Positions 23,130 through 34,208 of a stretch of 64,000 nucleotides of DNA are shown one piece after another (position 1 is the stretch's first letter; the number at the start of each line of letters is the position of its first letter). This stretch comes from Escherichia coli. GTDB taxonomy: Bacteria; Pseudomonadota; Gammaproteobacteria; Enterobacterales; Enterobacteriaceae. The position numbers and the translations under genes were made by a program. The DNA is taken from assembly GCF_003991155.1 (NCBI RefSeq), contig NZ_CP031293.1, one strand, 5' to 3'. The notes beneath the pieces are model-generated. The model ran no database searches and had not been told where the DNA came from. It was given only the letters and a program-made list of their open reading frames with translations.

Positions 23130-23147
23130 TATGCTATGGTTATTTCA
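23130..23147 (+). promoter_or_regulatory. Overlapping gal P2/P1 -10 elements and start sites
   Basis: TATGCTATGGT holds two -10 hexamers (TATGCT, TATGGT) 5 bp apart, followed by TATTTCATACC. P1 +1 is assigned to A23147 from memory of the gal promoter. Confidence 0.75.
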
Positions 23148-23172
23148 TACCATAAGCCTAATGGAGCGAATT

Positions 23173-24189
23173 ATGAGAGTTCTGGTTACCGGTGGTAGCG
23201 GTTACATTGGAAGTCATACCTGTGTGCAATTACTGCAAAACGGTCATGATGTCATCATTCTTGATAACCTCTGTAACAGTAAGCGCAGCGTACTGCCTGT
23301 TATCGAGCGTTTAGGCGGCAAACATCCAACGTTTGTTGAAGGCGATATCCGTAACGAAGCGTTGATGACCGAGATCCTGCACGATCACGCTATCGACACC
23401 GTGATCCACTTCGCCGGGCTGAAAGCCGTTGGCGAATCGGTACAAAAACCGCTTGAATATTACGACAACAATGTCAACGGTACTCTGCGCCTGATTAGCG
23501 CCATGCGCGCCGCTAACGTCAAAAACTTTATCTTTAGCTCCTCCGCCACCGTTTATGGCGATCAGCCCAAAATTCCATATGTTGAAAGCTTCCCGACCGG
23601 CACACCGCAAAGCCCTTACGGCAAAAGCAAGCTGATGGTGGAACAGATCCTCACCGATCTGCAAAAAGCCCAGCCGGACTGGAGCATTGCCCTGCTGCGC
23701 TACTTCAACCCAGTTGGCGCGCATCCGTCGGGCGATATGGGCGAAGATCCGCAAGGCATTCCGAATAACCTGATGCCATACATCGCCCAGGTTGCTGTAG
23801 GCCGTCGCGACTCGCTGGCGATTTTTGGTAACGATTATCCGACCGAAGACGGTACTGGCGTGCGCGATTACATCCACGTAATGGATCTGGCGGACGGTCA
23901 CGTCGTAGCGATGGAAAAACTGGCGAACAAGCCAGGCGTACACATCTACAACCTCGGCGCTGGCGTGGGCAGCAGCGTGCTGGACGTGGTTAATGCCTTC
24001 AGCAAAGCCTGCGGCAAACCGGTTAATTATCATTTTGCACCGCGTCGCGAGGGCGACCTTCCGGCCTACTGGGCTGACGCCAGCAAAGCCGACCGTGAAC
24101 TGAACTGGCGCGTAACGCGCACACTCGATGAAATGGCGCAGGACACCTGGCACTGGCAGTCACGCCATCCACAGGGATATCCCGATTAA
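23173..24189 (+). CDS. galE: UDP-glucose 4-epimerase, 338 aa
   Basis: ORF 23131..24189 trimmed to the ATG at 23173 (MRVLVTGGSGYIGSHTCVQLLQNGHDVIILDNL, Rossmann GxxGxxG). Confidence 0.97.
   Translation: MRVLVTGGSGYIGSHTCVQLLQNGHDVIILDNLCNSKRSVLPVIERLGGKHPTFVEGDIRNEALMTEILHDHAIDTVIHFAGLKAVGESVQKPLEYYDNNVNGTLRLISAMRAANVKNFIFSSSATVYGDQPKIPYVESFPTGTPQSPYGKSKLMVEQILTDLQKAQPDWSIALLRYFNPVGAHPSGDMGEDPQGIPNNLMPYIAQVAVGRRDSLAIFGNDYPTEDGTGVRDYIHVMDLADGHVVAMEKLANKPGVHIYNLGAGVGSSVLDVVNAFSKACGKPVNYHFAPRREGDLPAYWADASKADRELNWRVTRTLDEMAQDTWHWQSRHPQGYPD
23192..23207. promoter_or_regulatory. gal internal operator OI (inside galE)
   Basis: GTGGTAGCGGTTACAT lies ~113 bp from OE, consistent with the GalR repression loop. 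Confidence 0.9.
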
Positions 24190-24198
24190 GGAACGACC

Positions 24199-25245
24199 AT
24201 GACGCAATTTAATCCCGTTGATCATCCACATCGCCGCTACAACCCGCTCACCGGGCAATGGATTCTGGTTTCACCGCACCGCGCTAAGCGCCCCTGGCAG
24301 GGGGCGCAGGAAACGCCAGCCAAACAGGTGTTACCTGCGCACGATCCAGATTGCTTCCTCTGCGCAGGTAATGTGCGGGTGACTGGCGATAAAAACCCCG
24401 ATTACACCGGGACTTACGTTTTCACTAATGACTTTGCGGCCTTGATGTCTGACACGCCAGATGCGCCAGAAAGCAACGATCCGCTAATGCGTTGCCAGAG
24501 CGCGCGCGGTACCAGCCGGGTGATCTGCTTTTCACCGGATCACAGTAAAACGTTGCCAGAACTGAGCGTTGCGGCATTGACGGAAATCGTCAAAACCTGG
24601 CAGGAGCAAACCGCAGAGCTGGGAAAAACGTACCCGTGGGTACAGGTCTTTGAAAACAAAGGCGCGGCGATGGGCTGCTCTAACCCGCATCCGCACGGAC
24701 AGATTTGGGCAAATAGCTTCCTGCCTAACGAAGCTGAGCGCGAAGACCGCCTGCAAAAAGAATATTTTGCCGAACAGAAATCACCAATGCTGGTGGATTA
24801 TGTTCAGCGCGAGCTGGCAGACGGTAGCCGTACCGTTGTCGAAACCGAACACTGGTTAGCCGTTGTACCTTACTGGGCTGCCTGGCCGTTCGAAACGCTA
24901 CTGCTGCCCAAAGCCCACGTTTTGCGGATCACCGATTTGACCGACGCCCAGCGCAGCGATTTGGCACTGACGTTGAAAAAGCTGACCAGTCGTTATGACA
25001 ACCTCTTCCAGTGCTCCTTCCCCTACTCTATGGGCTGGCACGGCGCGCCATTTAATGGCGAAGAGAATCAACACTGGCAGCTGCACGCGCACTTTTATCC
25101 GCCTCTGTTGCGCTCCGCCACCGTACGTAAATTTATGGTTGGTTATGAAATGCTGGCAGAAACCCAGCGAGACCTGACCGCAGAACAGGCAGCAGAGCGT
25201 TTGCGCGCAGTCAGCGATATCCATTTTCGCGAATCCGGAGTGTAA
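24199..25245 (+). CDS. galT: Galactose-1-phosphate uridylyltransferase, 348 aa
   Basis: [35 protein letters not shown]... with the active-site HPHGQ. Confidence 0.97.
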   Translation: MTQFNPVDHPHRRYNPLTGQWILVSPHRAKRPWQGAQETPAKQVLPAHDPDCFLCAGNVRVTGDKNPDYTGTYVFTNDFAALMSDTPDAPESNDPLMRCQSARGTSRVICFSPDHSKTLPELSVAALTEIVKTWQEQTAELGKTYPWVQVFENKGAAMGCSNPHPHGQIWANSFLPNEAEREDRLQKEYFAEQKSPMLVDYVQRELADGSRTVVETEHWLAVVPYWAAWPFETLLLPKAHVLRITDLTDAQRSDLALTLKKLTSRYDNLFQCSFPYSMGWHGAPFNGEENQHWQLHAHFYPPLLRSATVRKFMVGYEMLAETQRDLTAEQAAERLRAVSDIHFRESGV

Positions 25246-25248
25246 GAA

Positions 25249-26397
25249 ATGAGTCTGAAAGAAAAAACACAATCTCTGTTTGCCAACGCATTTGGCTACC
25301 CTGCCACTCACACCATTCAGGCGCCTGGCCGCGTGAATTTGATTGGTGAACACACCGACTACAACGACGGTTTCGTTCTGCCCTGCGCGATTGATTATCA
25401 AACCGTGATCAGTTGTGCACCACGCGATGACCGTAAAGTTCGCGTGATGGCAGCCGATTATGAAAATCAGCTCGACGAGTTTTCCCTTGATGCGCCCATT
25501 ATCGCGCATGAAAACTATCAATGGGCGAACTACGTTCGTGGCGTGGTGAAACATCTGCAACTGCGTAACAACAGCTTCGGCGGTGTGGACATGGTGATCA
25601 GCGGCAATGTGCCGCAGGGAGCCGGGTTAAGTTCTTCCGCTTCACTGGAAGTCGCGGTCGGAACCGTATTGCAGCAGCTTTATCATCTGCCGCTGGACGG
25701 CGCACAAATCGCGCTTAATGGTCAGGAAGCAGAAAACCAGTTTGTAGGCTGTAACTGTGGAATCATGGATCAACTGATTTCCGCGCTCGGCAAGAAAGAT
25801 CATGCCTTGCTGATCGATTGCCGCTCACTGGGGACCAAAGCTGTTTCCATGCCGAAAGGCGTGGCTGTCGTCATCATCAACAGTAACTTCAAACGTACCC
25901 TGGTTGGCAGCGAATACAACACCCGTCGTGAACAGTGCGAAACCGGTGCGCGTTTCTTCCAGCAGCCAGCGCTGCGCGATGTCACCATTGAAGAGTTCAA
26001 CGCTGTTGCGCATGAACTGGACCCAATCGTGGCGAAACGCGTGCGTCATATCCTGACTGAAAACGCCCGCACCGTTGAAGCTGCCAGCGCGCTGGAGCAA
26101 GGCGACCTGAAACGTATGGGCGAGTTGATGGCGGAGTCTCATGCCTCTATGCGCGATGATTTCGAAATCACCGTGCCGCAAATTGACACTCTGGTAGAAA
26201 TCGTCAAAGCTGTGATTGGCGACAAAGGTGGCGTACGCATGACCGGCGGCGGATTTGGCGGCTGCATCGTCGCGCTGATCCCGGAAGAGCTGGTGCCTGC
26301 AGTACAGCAAGCTGTCGCTGAACAATATGAAGCAAAAACAGGTATTAAAGAGACTTTTTACGTTTGTAAACCATCACAAGGAGCAGGACAGTGCTGA
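25249..26397 (+). CDS. galK: Galactokinase, 382 aa
   Basis: [48 protein letters not shown]... with the GHMP kinase motif GAGLSSSAS. Confidence 0.97.
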   Translation: MSLKEKTQSLFANAFGYPATHTIQAPGRVNLIGEHTDYNDGFVLPCAIDYQTVISCAPRDDRKVRVMAADYENQLDEFSLDAPIIAHENYQWANYVRGVVKHLQLRNNSFGGVDMVISGNVPQGAGLSSSASLEVAVGTVLQQLYHLPLDGAQIALNGQEAENQFVGCNCGIMDQLISALGKKDHALLIDCRSLGTKAVSMPKGVAVVIINSNFKRTLVGSEYNTRREQCETGARFFQQPALRDVTIEEFNAVAHELDPIVAKRVRHILTENARTVEAASALEQGDLKRMGELMAESHASMRDDFEITVPQIDTLVEIVKAVIGDKGGVRMTGGGFGGCIVALIPEELVPAVQQAVAEQYEAKTGIKETFYVCKPSQGAGQC

Positions 26398-27431
26398 ACG
26401 AAACTCCCGCACTGGCACCCGATGGTCAGCCGTACCGACTGTTAACTTTGCGTAACAACGCAGGGATGGTAGTCACGCTGATGGACTGGGGTGCGACTTT
26501 ACTTTCCGCCCGTATTCCGCTTTCCGATGGCAGCGTCCGCGAGGCGCTGCTTGGCTGCGCCAGCCCGGAATGCTATCAGGATCAGGCCGCATTTCTGGGG
26601 GCCTCTATTGGTCGTTATGCCAACCGCATCGCCAATAGCCGTTATACCTTTGACGGTGAAACCGTGACGCTTTCGCCAAGTCAGGGCGTTAACCAGCTGC
26701 ACGGCGGCCCGGAAGGGTTCGACAAACGTCGCTGGCAGATTGTGAACCAGAATGATCGTCAGGTGCTATTTGCCCTGAGTTCAGATGATGGCGATCAGGG
26801 CTTCCCGGGTAATCTCGGCGCGACGGTGCAATATCGTCTGACCGACGATAACCGTATCTCCATTACTTATCGCGCCACAGTTGATAAACCTTGCCCGGTG
26901 AATATGACTAATCACGTCTATTTCAATCTTGACGGCGAGCAGTCTGACGCGCGCAATCATAAGTTGCAGATTCTGGCGGACGAATATCTGCCGGTTGATG
27001 AAGGCGGCATTCCGCACGACGGTCTGAAATCTGTCGCCGGAACCTCTTTTGATTTCCGCAGCGCCAAAATCATCGCCAGTGAGTTTCTTGCCGACGACGA
27101 TCAGCGCAAAGTGAAAGGTTACGATCACGCGTTCTTGTTACAGGCCAAAGGCAATGGCAAGAAAGTGGCGGCGCATGTCTGGTCAGCAGATGAAAAATTG
27201 CAGCTGAAGGTCTACACCACCGCTCCGGCTCTGCAATTCTACTCCGGCAACTTCCTCGGCGGCACACCGTCGCGGGGAACCGAACCTTACGCCGACTGGC
27301 AAGGGCTGGCTCTGGAAAGCGAGTTTCTGCCGGACAGCCCGAACCACCCTGAATGGCCGCAACCGGACTGCTTCCTGCGTCCTGGCGAAGAGTATTCCAG
27401 CCTGACGGAATATCAGTTTATTGCTCAGTAA
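26391..27431 (+). CDS. galM: Aldose 1-epimerase (galactose mutarotase), 346 aa
   Basis: GTG start overlapping the galK stop. (M)[38 protein letters not shown]... Confidence 0.95.
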   Translation: MLNETPALAPDGQPYRLLTLRNNAGMVVTLMDWGATLLSARIPLSDGSVREALLGCASPECYQDQAAFLGASIGRYANRIANSRYTFDGETVTLSPSQGVNQLHGGPEGFDKRRWQIVNQNDRQVLFALSSDDGDQGFPGNLGATVQYRLTDDNRISITYRATVDKPCPVNMTNHVYFNLDGEQSDARNHKLQILADEYLPVDEGGIPHDGLKSVAGTSFDFRSAKIIASEFLADDDQRKVKGYDHAFLLQAKGNGKKVAAHVWSADEKLQLKVYTTAPALQFYSGNFLGGTPSRGTEPYADWQGLALESEFLPDSPNHPEWPQPDCFLRPGEEYSSLTEYQFIAQ

Positions 27432-27435
27432 TGTT

Positions 27436-27456
27436 AAGCCCTCGTCATGAGGGCTT
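27436..27456 (+). terminator. Hairpin after galM (gal operon 3' end)
   Basis: AAGCCCTC-GTCAT-GAGGGCTT starts 5 nt after the stop. Short T-containing tail. Confidence 0.55.
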
Positions 27457-27584
27457 TATCCTCATATTGTTCAAATCACCAGCAAACACCGACATATTTG
27501 CAACTCAATATTCACAACAACCTTACACTGCGACACTATTTTCGCTATGGTTATGCGTAAGCATTGCTGTTGCTTCGTCACGGC

Positions 27585-27608
27585 AATATAATGAGAATTA
27601 TTATCATT
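27585..27608. promoter_or_regulatory. Fur box upstream of gpmA
   Basis: AATATAATGAGAATTATTATCATT: the core ATAATGAGAATTATTATC matches the GATAATGATAATCATTATC consensus at about 16 of 18 positions by eye. It lies ~30 bp upstream of the ATG. Confidence 0.6.
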
Positions 27609-27633
27609 AAAAGATGATTTGAGGAGTAAGTAT

Positions 27634-28386
27634 ATGGCTGTAACTAAGCTGGTTCTGGTTCGTCATGGCGAAAGTCAGTGGAACAAAGAAAACCGTTTCA
27701 CCGGTTGGTACGACGTGGATCTGTCTGAGAAAGGCGTAAGCGAAGCAAAAGCAGCAGGTAAGCTGCTGAAAGAGGAAGGTTACAGCTTTGACTTTGCTTA
27801 CACCTCTGTGCTGAAACGCGCTATTCATACCCTGTGGAATGTGCTGGACGAACTGGATCAGGCATGGCTGCCCGTTGAGAAATCCTGGAAACTGAACGAA
27901 CGTCACTACGGTGCGTTGCAGGGTCTGAACAAAGCGGAAACTGCAGAAAAGTATGGCGACGAGCAGGTTAAACAGTGGCGTCGTGGTTTTGCGGTGACTC
28001 CGCCGGAACTGACTAAAGATGATGAGCGTTATCCGGGTCACGATCCGCGTTACGCGAAACTGAGCGAGAAAGAGCTGCCGCTGACGGAAAGCCTGGCGCT
28101 GACCATTGACCGCGTGATCCCTTACTGGAATGAAACTATTCTGCCACGTATGAAGAGCGGTGAGCGCGTAATCATCGCTGCACACGGTAACTCTCTGCGT
28201 GCGCTGGTGAAATATCTCGATAACATGAGCGAAGAAGAGATTCTTGAGCTGAATATCCCGACCGGCGTGCCGTTGGTTTACGAATTTGACGAGAACTTCA
28301 AACCGCTGAAACGCTATTATCTGGGTAATGCTGACGAGATCGCAGCAAAAGCAGCTGCTGTTGCTAACCAGGGTAAAGCGAAATAA
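27634..28386 (+). CDS. gpmA: 2,3-bisphosphoglycerate-dependent phosphoglycerate mutase, 250 aa
   Basis: ORF 27619..28386 trimmed to the ATG at 27634 ([29 protein letters not shown] motif). GAGGAG Shine-Dalgarno. Confidence 0.97.
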
Positions 28387-28408
28387 ACGTCATTCGCTTA
28401 AAAATGAG

Positions 28409-28438
28409 AAAGCCGACTGCAAGTGAGTCGGCTTTTTT
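28409..28438 (+). terminator. Rho-independent terminator of gpmA
   Basis: AAAGCCGACT-GCAAGTG-AGTCGGCTTTTTT. Confidence 0.85.
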
Positions 28439-28467
28439 GTTTGTCGTTGCTAACAATGGAGCACATT

Positions 28468-28499
28468 GCCTGATGCGACGCTGCGCGTCTTATCAGGGC
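28468..28499. repeat. REP element
   Basis: GCCTGATGCGACGCTGCGCGTCTTATCAGGGC is the typical REP sequence (GCCTGATGCGACGCT...GTCTTATCAGGC). Confidence 0.8.
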
Positions 28500-28533
28500 T
28501 GCAAACGTACAGTCATGGCGATTCGACTATAAA

Positions 28534-29586
28534 TTACCCGCGACGCGCTTTTACTGCATTCGCCAGTTGACGTAACAGAGCATCGGTATCATCCCAGCCA
28601 ATGCAGGCATCGGTGATGCTCTTGCCATAGGCCAGCGGTTCCCCACTCTCGAGGCTCTGATTGCCTTCCACCAAATGGCTTTCCACCATCACGCCAATAA
28701 TAGCCTTTTCGCCACCGGCAATCTGCTGGCAAACGTCAGCACAAACATCCATCTGCTTTTTGAATTGTTTGGACGAGTTGGCGTGGCTGAAATCGATCAT
28801 CACCTGCGCTGGCAGACCTGCTTTGTTCAGCCCTTCTTTCACTTCAGCAACGTGCTTCGCGCTGTAGTTAGGCTCTTTACCGCCGCGCAGAATGATATGG
28901 CAATCGCCGTTACCGCTGGTATTCACAATCGCCGAATGCCCCCATTTCGTTACGGACAGGAAGCAGTGCGGCGCACCGGCGGCATTAATAGCATCGATAG
29001 CCACTTTAATCGTACCATCAGTGCCATTTTTGAAGCCTACCGGACAAGAAAGACCAGACGCCAGTTCGCGGTGCACCTGCGATTCCGTAGTACGTGCGCC
29101 AATTGCGCCCCAGCTCATCAGGTCAGCGAGATATTGTGGAGTGATCATATCCAGGAATTCACCCGCCGCTGGCAGACCGCTGTCGTTAATATCGAGCAGC
29201 AATTTGCGGGCAATACGCAGACCGTCGTTGATCTGGAAGCTGTTATCCATATGCGGATCGTTAATCAGCCCTTTCCAGCCCACCGTAGTACGCGGCTTTT
29301 CAAAATAGACGCGCATTACGATTTCCAGCTCATCTTTCAGCTCTTCACGCAGCGCCAGCAAGCGAGTGGCATACTCTTTTGCTGCGACAGGATCATGAAT
29401 TGAGCATGGGCCAATCACCACCAACAGGCGATCATCATTACCTTTTAGGATCTTATGGATCGCTTTTCGGGCATGGGCAACCGTATTCGCGGCATTTTCA
29501 GTAGCGGGGAATTTTTCCAGCAATGCGACAGGAGGAAGTAACTCTTTGATTTCTTTGATGCGTAAATCGTCGTTCTGATAATTCAT
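28534..29586 (-). CDS. aroG: DAHP synthase, Phe-sensitive, 350 aa
   Basis: MNYQNDDLRIKEIKELLPPVALLEKFPATENAANTVAHARKAIHKILKGNDDRLLVVIGPCSIHD... Confidence 0.97.
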   Translation of the reverse strand: MNYQNDDLRIKEIKELLPPVALLEKFPATENAANTVAHARKAIHKILKGNDDRLLVVIGPCSIHDPVAAKEYATRLLALREELKDELEIVMRVYFEKPRTTVGWKGLINDPHMDNSFQINDGLRIARKLLLDINDSGLPAAGEFLDMITPQYLADLMSWGAIGARTTESQVHRELASGLSCPVGFKNGTDGTIKVAIDAINAAGAPHCFLSVTKWGHSAIVNTSGNGDCHIILRGGKEPNYSAKHVAEVKEGLNKAGLPAQVMIDFSHANSSKQFKKQMDVCADVCQQIAGGEKAIIGVMVESHLVEGNQSLESGEPLAYGKSITDACIGWDDTDALLRQLANAVKARRG

Positions 29587-29656
29587 GTCTGTTCCAGTGT
29601 TGCCATACTTATCTTAGTGAATGCAATACTTCCAATCTATATCTTCCGTCAGAATG

Positions 29657-29674
29657 TGTAAACGGGGTTTTACA
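29657..29674. promoter_or_regulatory. TyrR box at the aroG promoter
   Basis: TGTAAACGGGGTTTTACA is a perfect TGTAAA-N6-TTTACA, ~70 bp upstream of the aroG ATG. Confidence 0.8.
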
Positions 29675-29901
29675 CTATGAACGGATTAATCCTGGAATTA
29701 GCAAGAAAAACGCCAGATTGTCGCGAAAAACGAGATCTCTCCTACAATTTCTAACTGTAACTCCTTTGTTTGTTAATTATTTCAAGATTCTCTGCTGGGT
29801 ATCTTTGCCTGGCTGAAATCTTAAACCATTGCCTTATATTCACCTGCAAATGCACTGTTGGAAGAGGTTATCCGACATAACGACCATAACAGGAGCATCC
29901 T

Positions 29902-30282
29902 ATGAAAATGACAAAACTGGCCACACTATTTTTGACTGCCACTCTAAGCCTTGCCAGCGGTGCCGCACTGGCTGCCGATAGCGGAGCGCAAAGCAATAAC
30001 GGCCAGGCAAACGCCGCAGCTGATGCGGGCCAGGTAGCCCCTGATGCCCGTGAAAATGTCGCGCCAAATAACGTCGACAATAACGGGGTAAATACCGGTT
30101 CTGGCGGCACAATGCTGCATCCGGATGGTTCTTCAATGAACAATGACGGCATGACCAAAGATGAAGAGCACAAGAACACCATGTGCAAAGATGGTCGCTG
30201 CCCGGATATCAATAAAAAAGTCCAAACCGGTGATGGCATCAACAATGATGTCGATACCAAAACCGACGGTACCACGCAGTAA
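29902..30282 (+). CDS. ybgS: YbgS, secreted Asn/Gly/Asp-rich protein of unknown function, 126 aa
   Basis: [24 protein letters not shown] is a signal peptide, followed by a low-complexity N/G/D-rich region. Matches K-12 YbgS. Confidence 0.9.
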   Translation: MKMTKLATLFLTATLSLASGAALAADSGAQSNNGQANAAADAGQVAPDARENVAPNNVDNNGVNTGSGGTMLHPDGSSMNNDGMTKDEEHKNTMCKDGRCPDINKKVQTGDGINNDVDTKTDGTTQ

Positions 30283-30303
30283 CCCTGCGAAATAGCCAAT
30301 AAT

Positions 30304-30327
30304 GGGAGAGCGGAGTCTCTCCCTTTT
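30304..30327 (+). terminator. Rho-independent terminator of ybgS
   Basis: GGGAGAG-CGGAGT-CTCTCCC followed by TTTT. Confidence 0.75.
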
Positions 30328-30395
30328 AATTTTTCCCTTCTAAAAGCAGTATGATGTCATAAAGTTAAGTGAGAATAATTAAGGGATGACTCGTC

Positions 30396-31337
30396 ATGGC
30401 GCACTCACACTCACACACTTCCTCACACCTGCCAGAAGATAATAATGCTCGTCGCTTGTTGTATGCTTTCGGCGTGACTGCCGGGTTTATGCTCGTAGAA
30501 GTCATTGGTGGTTTTCTTTCCGGTTCTCTGGCATTGCTGGCCGATGCAGGTCATATGTTGACCGATACTGCCGCCCTGCTTTTCGCCCTACTCGCCGTGC
30601 AATTTTCACGTCGTCCTCCCACCATTCGCCACACTTTCGGTTGGCTAAGATTGACCACGCTCGCGGCGTTTGTGAATGCCATCGCCCTGGTGGTAATTAC
30701 CATTTTGATTGTCTGGGAGGCGATAGAACGCTTCCGCGCGCCGCGTCCGGTCGAGGGCGGCATGATGATGGCAATTGCCGTGGCTGGATTGCTGGCAAAT
30801 ATACTTTCTTTCTGGTTACTTCATCACGGCAGCGAAGAGAAAAACCTCAACGTGCGAGCAGCGGCACTGCATGTGCTCGGGGACCTGCTGGGTTCGGTTG
30901 GGGCTATTATTGCCGCGTTGATTATTATCTGGACCGGCTGGACACCTGCTGACCCCATTCTCTCAATACTGGTGTCGCTTCTGGTTCTGCGTAGCGCTTG
31001 GCGACTGTTGAAAGATAGCGTGAATGAATTACTTGAAGGTGCACCGGTATCGCTGGATATCGCTGAACTGAAGCGTCGTATGTGCCGGGAAATCCCGGAA
31101 GTCCGCAATGTGCACCATGTACATGTATGGATGGTAGGCGAGAAACCGGTGATGACGCTGCATGTGCAGGTGATCCCGCCACACGATCACGATGCCTTGT
31201 TGGATCAGATCCAACACTACCTGATGGATCACTATCAGATTGAGCACGCCACCATTCAGATGGAATATCAACCTTGTCATGGGCCAGACTGCCACCTGAA
31301 TGAAGGGGTGTCTGGCCATTCACATCATCACCATTAA
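30396..31337 (+). CDS. zitB: Zn(II) cation-diffusion-facilitator efflux protein, 313 aa
   Basis: [39 protein letters not shown]... is a CDF-family protein with His-rich termini (...GHSHHHH). Confidence 0.95.
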   Translation: MAHSHSHTSSHLPEDNNARRLLYAFGVTAGFMLVEVIGGFLSGSLALLADAGHMLTDTAALLFALLAVQFSRRPPTIRHTFGWLRLTTLAAFVNAIALVVITILIVWEAIERFRAPRPVEGGMMMAIAVAGLLANILSFWLLHHGSEEKNLNVRAAALHVLGDLLGSVGAIIAALIIIWTGWTPADPILSILVSLLVLRSAWRLLKDSVNELLEGAPVSLDIAELKRRMCREIPEVRNVHHVHVWMVGEKPVMTLHVQVIPPHDHDALLDQIQHYLMDHYQIEHATIQMEYQPCHGPDCHLNEGVSGHSHHHH

Positions 31338-32053
31338 TGGGACAGCGCGCGTGAGCCTCTTTCGCGTGCGCTGTTGATCCACATCCGGCTGCCGTTGAGC
31401 GCAATAAAGGTCAGGATGATGTACTCCAGAGACATGGCGTAAACGCCCTGAAGTGCAAAAATAACGACGCTAATCACGTTAATAATCACCCACAACAGCC
31501 AGTTTTCCACATATTTACGCGTCATCAGAATCATTGCCACGATAGATAACACCATCATGCAGGAATCCCAGAACGGGAAAGCGTCCGGTTGCAGTTCAGG
31601 CATCGCAACCTGTAATCCTAATGCTTGCATGATGATGACTGCCACGCGGGTCAAAAATGCAAACACCGGATTGATAAATACCGTCATCAGACCAATCGAA
31701 ACAACGCAAACCGCCAACCAGCTTAGCGCCTTCGGCAATGGCAACCAGCGAATTTTCAACTCCGCCTCGTTCTGACTGGTTTGTCGCGACCACGCATACC
31801 AACCGTAAATATTCGCGGCAAAGAAAAACACCTGTAATAGCAGGCTGGCATACAGCTGAATCTGAAAGAAAATAATGCCAAACAAGGTGACGTTGATCAG
31901 GCCAAAAAAGTAGTTGCTGATCTTCTCCAGACTGGCAAGGCCAATACACAGCAACCCGGCGATTGTGCCTACCGCTTCGATCCATGAGAGATCATAACCG
32001 CCTGCCCCTATTGGTATATGTACCAGGATATTCTGCACACTAAAAAAATCCAT
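31334..32053 (-). CDS. pnuC: Nicotinamide riboside transporter, 239 aa
   Basis: [44 protein letters not shown]... The 3' end overlaps the zitB 3' end by 4 nt. Confidence 0.95.
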   Translation of the reverse strand: MDFFSVQNILVHIPIGAGGYDLSWIEAVGTIAGLLCIGLASLEKISNYFFGLINVTLFGIIFFQIQLYASLLLQVFFFAANIYGWYAWSRQTSQNEAELKIRWLPLPKALSWLAVCVVSIGLMTVFINPVFAFLTRVAVIIMQALGLQVAMPELQPDAFPFWDSCMMVLSIVAMILMTRKYVENWLLWVIINVISVVIFALQGVYAMSLEYIILTFIALNGSRMWINSARERGSRALSH

Positions 32054-32090
32054 CTTTCCCCCAAAGCGTAACGTTACGCCTTATTATTCG

Positions 32091-33134
32091 TTATCCACGT
32101 AGTGTAGCCGCAAATTCCAGCATACGATTGAGCGGCACCAGCGCCCTCTCTCGCAGCCTTTCATCAACATGAACCTCGTGATTGCTTCCTTCCTGTTCTA
32201 ATGCCTCTGCGATAGCCCGAAGGCCATTCATGGCCATCCACGGACAATGCGCGCAACTGCGGCAGGTTGCGCCCTCACCCGCGGTTGGTGCTTCCAGTAA
32301 CTCTTTATCTGGCACCGCCTGCTGCATTTTGTAGAAAATGCCCCGATCGGTTGCCACGATAAGCCGCTGATGTGGCAATGTTTTCGCAGCAGCGATCAGT
32401 TGACTGGTGGAACCGACCGCATCCGCCATATCGACAATAGCTTGTGGTGATTCTGGATGCACCAGTATGGCAGCATCCGGGTATTCTTCTTGCAAGCGGG
32501 TTAACGCCTGAGTCTTAAATTCATCATGCACAATGCAGGCACCCTGCCAGCATAAAATGTCTGCGCCCGTCTGTTTTTGCACGTAACGCCCCAGATGTTT
32601 GTCGGGTGCCCAGATGATTTTTTCACCCAAACTATCCAGATGATCAATAAGTTCGACGGCAATGCTTGAAGTTACCACCCAATCTGCCCGCGCTTTTACC
32701 GCAGCAGAAGTGTTGGCGTAGACGACGACAGTATGATCGGGATGGGCATCGCAAAATGCGTTAAATTCTTCAACAGGGCAGCCGAGATCCAGTGAACATT
32801 CAGCCTGAAGTGTCGGCATCAGAATTGTTTTTTCCGGACTGAGAATTTTGGCGGTTTCTCCCATAAATCTCACCCCCGCGACTAACAACGTAGAAGCGGG
32901 ATGCTTTGCACCGAAGCGCGCCATTTCCAGAGAATCAGAAATACAGCCACCGGTTTCTTCTGCCAGTTGTTGAATTTCGGGATCGGTGTAGTAGTGGGCA
33001 ACCATCACCGCATTACGTTCTTTTAGCAGACGTTTTATCTTCTCACGGTAATACGCTTTTTCATCAATACTTAACGGCGTCGGCTTCGGGGGGAAAGGAT
33101 AAATCGCCGCTTCAGGATCAAACATCACGCTCAT
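32091..33134 (-). CDS. nadA: Quinolinate synthase A, 347 aa
   Basis: [63 protein letters not shown]... Confidence 0.97.
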   Translation of the reverse strand: MSVMFDPEAAIYPFPPKPTPLSIDEKAYYREKIKRLLKERNAVMVAHYYTDPEIQQLAEETGGCISDSLEMARFGAKHPASTLLVAGVRFMGETAKILSPEKTILMPTLQAECSLDLGCPVEEFNAFCDAHPDHTVVVYANTSAAVKARADWVVTSSIAVELIDHLDSLGEKIIWAPDKHLGRYVQKQTGADILCWQGACIVHDEFKTQALTRLQEEYPDAAILVHPESPQAIVDMADAVGSTSQLIAAAKTLPHQRLIVATDRGIFYKMQQAVPDKELLEAPTAGEGATCRSCAHCPWMAMNGLRAIAEALEQEGSNHEVHVDERLRERALVPLNRMLEFAATLRG

Positions 33135-33206
33135 CTTACCATCTCGTTTTACAGGCTTAACGTTAAAACCGACATGAGCGTAATATTCGCTGTTATCGGT
33201 GAAATT

Positions 33207-33224
33207 TGTTTTATATGCTAAACA
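33207..33224. promoter_or_regulatory. NadR (NAD) box upstream of nadA
   Basis: TGTTTTATATGCTAAACA fits TGTTTA-N6-TAAACA with one mismatch, ~75 bp upstream of the nadA ATG. Confidence 0.7.
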
Positions 33225-33351
33225 AGATAGTCGAATGGTGGGGAAAAGTCACTCGAATTACGCCTGATTCCACCGACGTAGAGTTGCTTGCACAGTAAGC
33301 TCTGACGATGTCATCAGGTTTACAAAGTGAAATTGAGGATACCTGAATAGC

Positions 33352-33378
33352 AAAAAAGCGCCTTTAGGGCGCTTTTTT
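33352..33378 (-). terminator. Terminator of the lysT tRNA operon (symmetrical, A/T-flanked)
   Basis: AAAAAAGCGCC-TTTA-GGGCGCTTTTTT lies immediately 3' of the last tRNA. Confidence 0.8.
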
Positions 33379-33382
33379 ACAT

Positions 33383-33458
33383 TGGTGGGTCGTGCAGGAT
33401 TCGAACCTGCGACCAATTGATTAAAAGTCAACTGCTCTACCAACTGAGCTAACGACCC
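33383..33458 (-). tRNA. lysQ: tRNA-Lys (anticodon UUU), 76 nt including CCA
   Basis: Reverse complement is GGGTCGTTAGCTCAGTTGGTAGAGCAGTTGACTTTTAATCAATTGGTCGCAGGTTCGAATCCTGCACGACCCACCA. Symbol assigned by position in the K-12 order. Confidence 0.93.
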
Positions 33459-33491
33459 CTTGCGGGATTATGCTGCTTTAATCATTCAGGA

Positions 33492-33567
33492 TGGTGGGTC
33501 GTGCAGGATTCGAACCTGCGACCAATTGATTAAAAGTCAACTGCTCTACCAACTGAGCTAACGACCC
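33492..33567 (-). tRNA. lysZ: tRNA-Lys (UUU)
   Basis: Identical 76-nt sequence to the other Lys copies. Symbol assigned by order. Confidence 0.93.
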
Positions 33568-33615
33568 ATACGGGTGTTACCTGAAAGATTTCTACTCGGA
33601 ACCAATCTTTAAAAT

Positions 33616-33691
33616 TGGTGGGTCGTGCAGGATTCGAACCTGCGACCAATTGATTAAAAGTCAACTGCTCTACCAACTGAGCTAACGACCC
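33616..33691 (-). tRNA. lysY: tRNA-Lys (UUU)
   Basis: Identical 76-nt sequence. Symbol assigned by order. Confidence 0.93.
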
Positions 33692-33694
33692 GAG

Positions 33695-33770
33695 TGGTGG
33701 GTGATGACGGGATCGAACCGCCGACCCCCTCCTTGTAAGGGAGGTGCTCTCCCAGCTGAGCTAATCACCC
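33695..33770 (-). tRNA. valZ: tRNA-Val (anticodon UAC), 76 nt including CCA
   Basis: Reverse complement is GGGTGATTAGCTCAGCTGGGAGAGCACCTCCCTTACAAGGAGGGGGTCGGCGGTTCGATCCCGTCATCACCCACCA. Confidence 0.93.
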
Positions 33771-33821
33771 GATACTGCGCTGGATACTACAAACTACTTC
33801 CACCGAACCCACCGTCATTAG

Positions 33822-33897
33822 TGGTGGGTCGTGCAGGATTCGAACCTGCGACCAATTGATTAAAAGTCAACTGCTCTACCAACTGAGCTAACGACCC
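33822..33897 (-). tRNA. lysW: tRNA-Lys (UUU)
   Basis: Identical 76-nt sequence. Symbol assigned by order. Confidence 0.93.
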
Positions 33898-33899
33898 GG

Positions 33900-33975
33900 T
33901 GGTGGGTGATGACGGGATCGAACCGCCGACCCCCTCCTTGTAAGGGAGGTGCTCTCCCAGCTGAGCTAATCACCC
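33900..33975 (-). tRNA. valT: tRNA-Val (UAC)
   Basis: Identical to the other Val copy. Only 2 nt separate it from lysW. Confidence 0.93.
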
Positions 33976-34010
33976 GATACTACGCTGGATACTACAACTA
34001 ACTACGTTAG

Positions 34011-34086
34011 TGGTGGGTCGTGCAGGATTCGAACCTGCGACCAATTGATTAAAAGTCAACTGCTCTACCAACTGAGCTAACGACCC
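34011..34086 (-). tRNA. lysT: tRNA-Lys (UUU), first gene of the operon
   Basis: Identical 76-nt sequence. Symbol assigned by order. Confidence 0.93.
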
Positions 34087-34136
34087 ACTTTTTCGTTGCT
34101 TTCGGTTTGTTTGATATCCCGTGGCAACGGCGGCAT

Positions 34137-34164
34137 ATATTACTGATTTCAGACTTGAGCGCAA
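34137..34164 (-). promoter_or_regulatory. Candidate sigma70 promoter of the tRNA operon with a GC-rich discriminator
   Basis: Minus strand reads TTGCGC-16 nt-TAATAT followed by ATGCCGCCG (stringent-type discriminator), ~50 bp upstream of lysT. Confidence 0.5.
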
Positions 34165-34208
34165 CAAAAATTTCGATGTAGATCACTCAACTGCTTATGA
34201 TTCGCACG

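Noticed and set aside
23311-24153. 280-aa ORF antisense to galE. Similar long antisense ORFs occur at 16910..17605 (ybhA), 24898..25560 (galT/galK), 27607..28185 (gpmA), 28675..29403 (aroG), 35019..35639 (pal), 41836..42774 (cydA) and 49787..50527 (mal).
   Set aside because: Each is fully nested opposite a confidently identified gene and has no recognisable domain. They are explained by a shortage of stop codons in the antisense frame.
33258-34167. Small ORFs 33258..33443 and 33970..34167 (...QLVEQLTFNQLVAGSNPARPT...)
   Set aside because: They are translations across tRNA-Lys genes. The shared peptide is simply the tRNA sequence read as protein.
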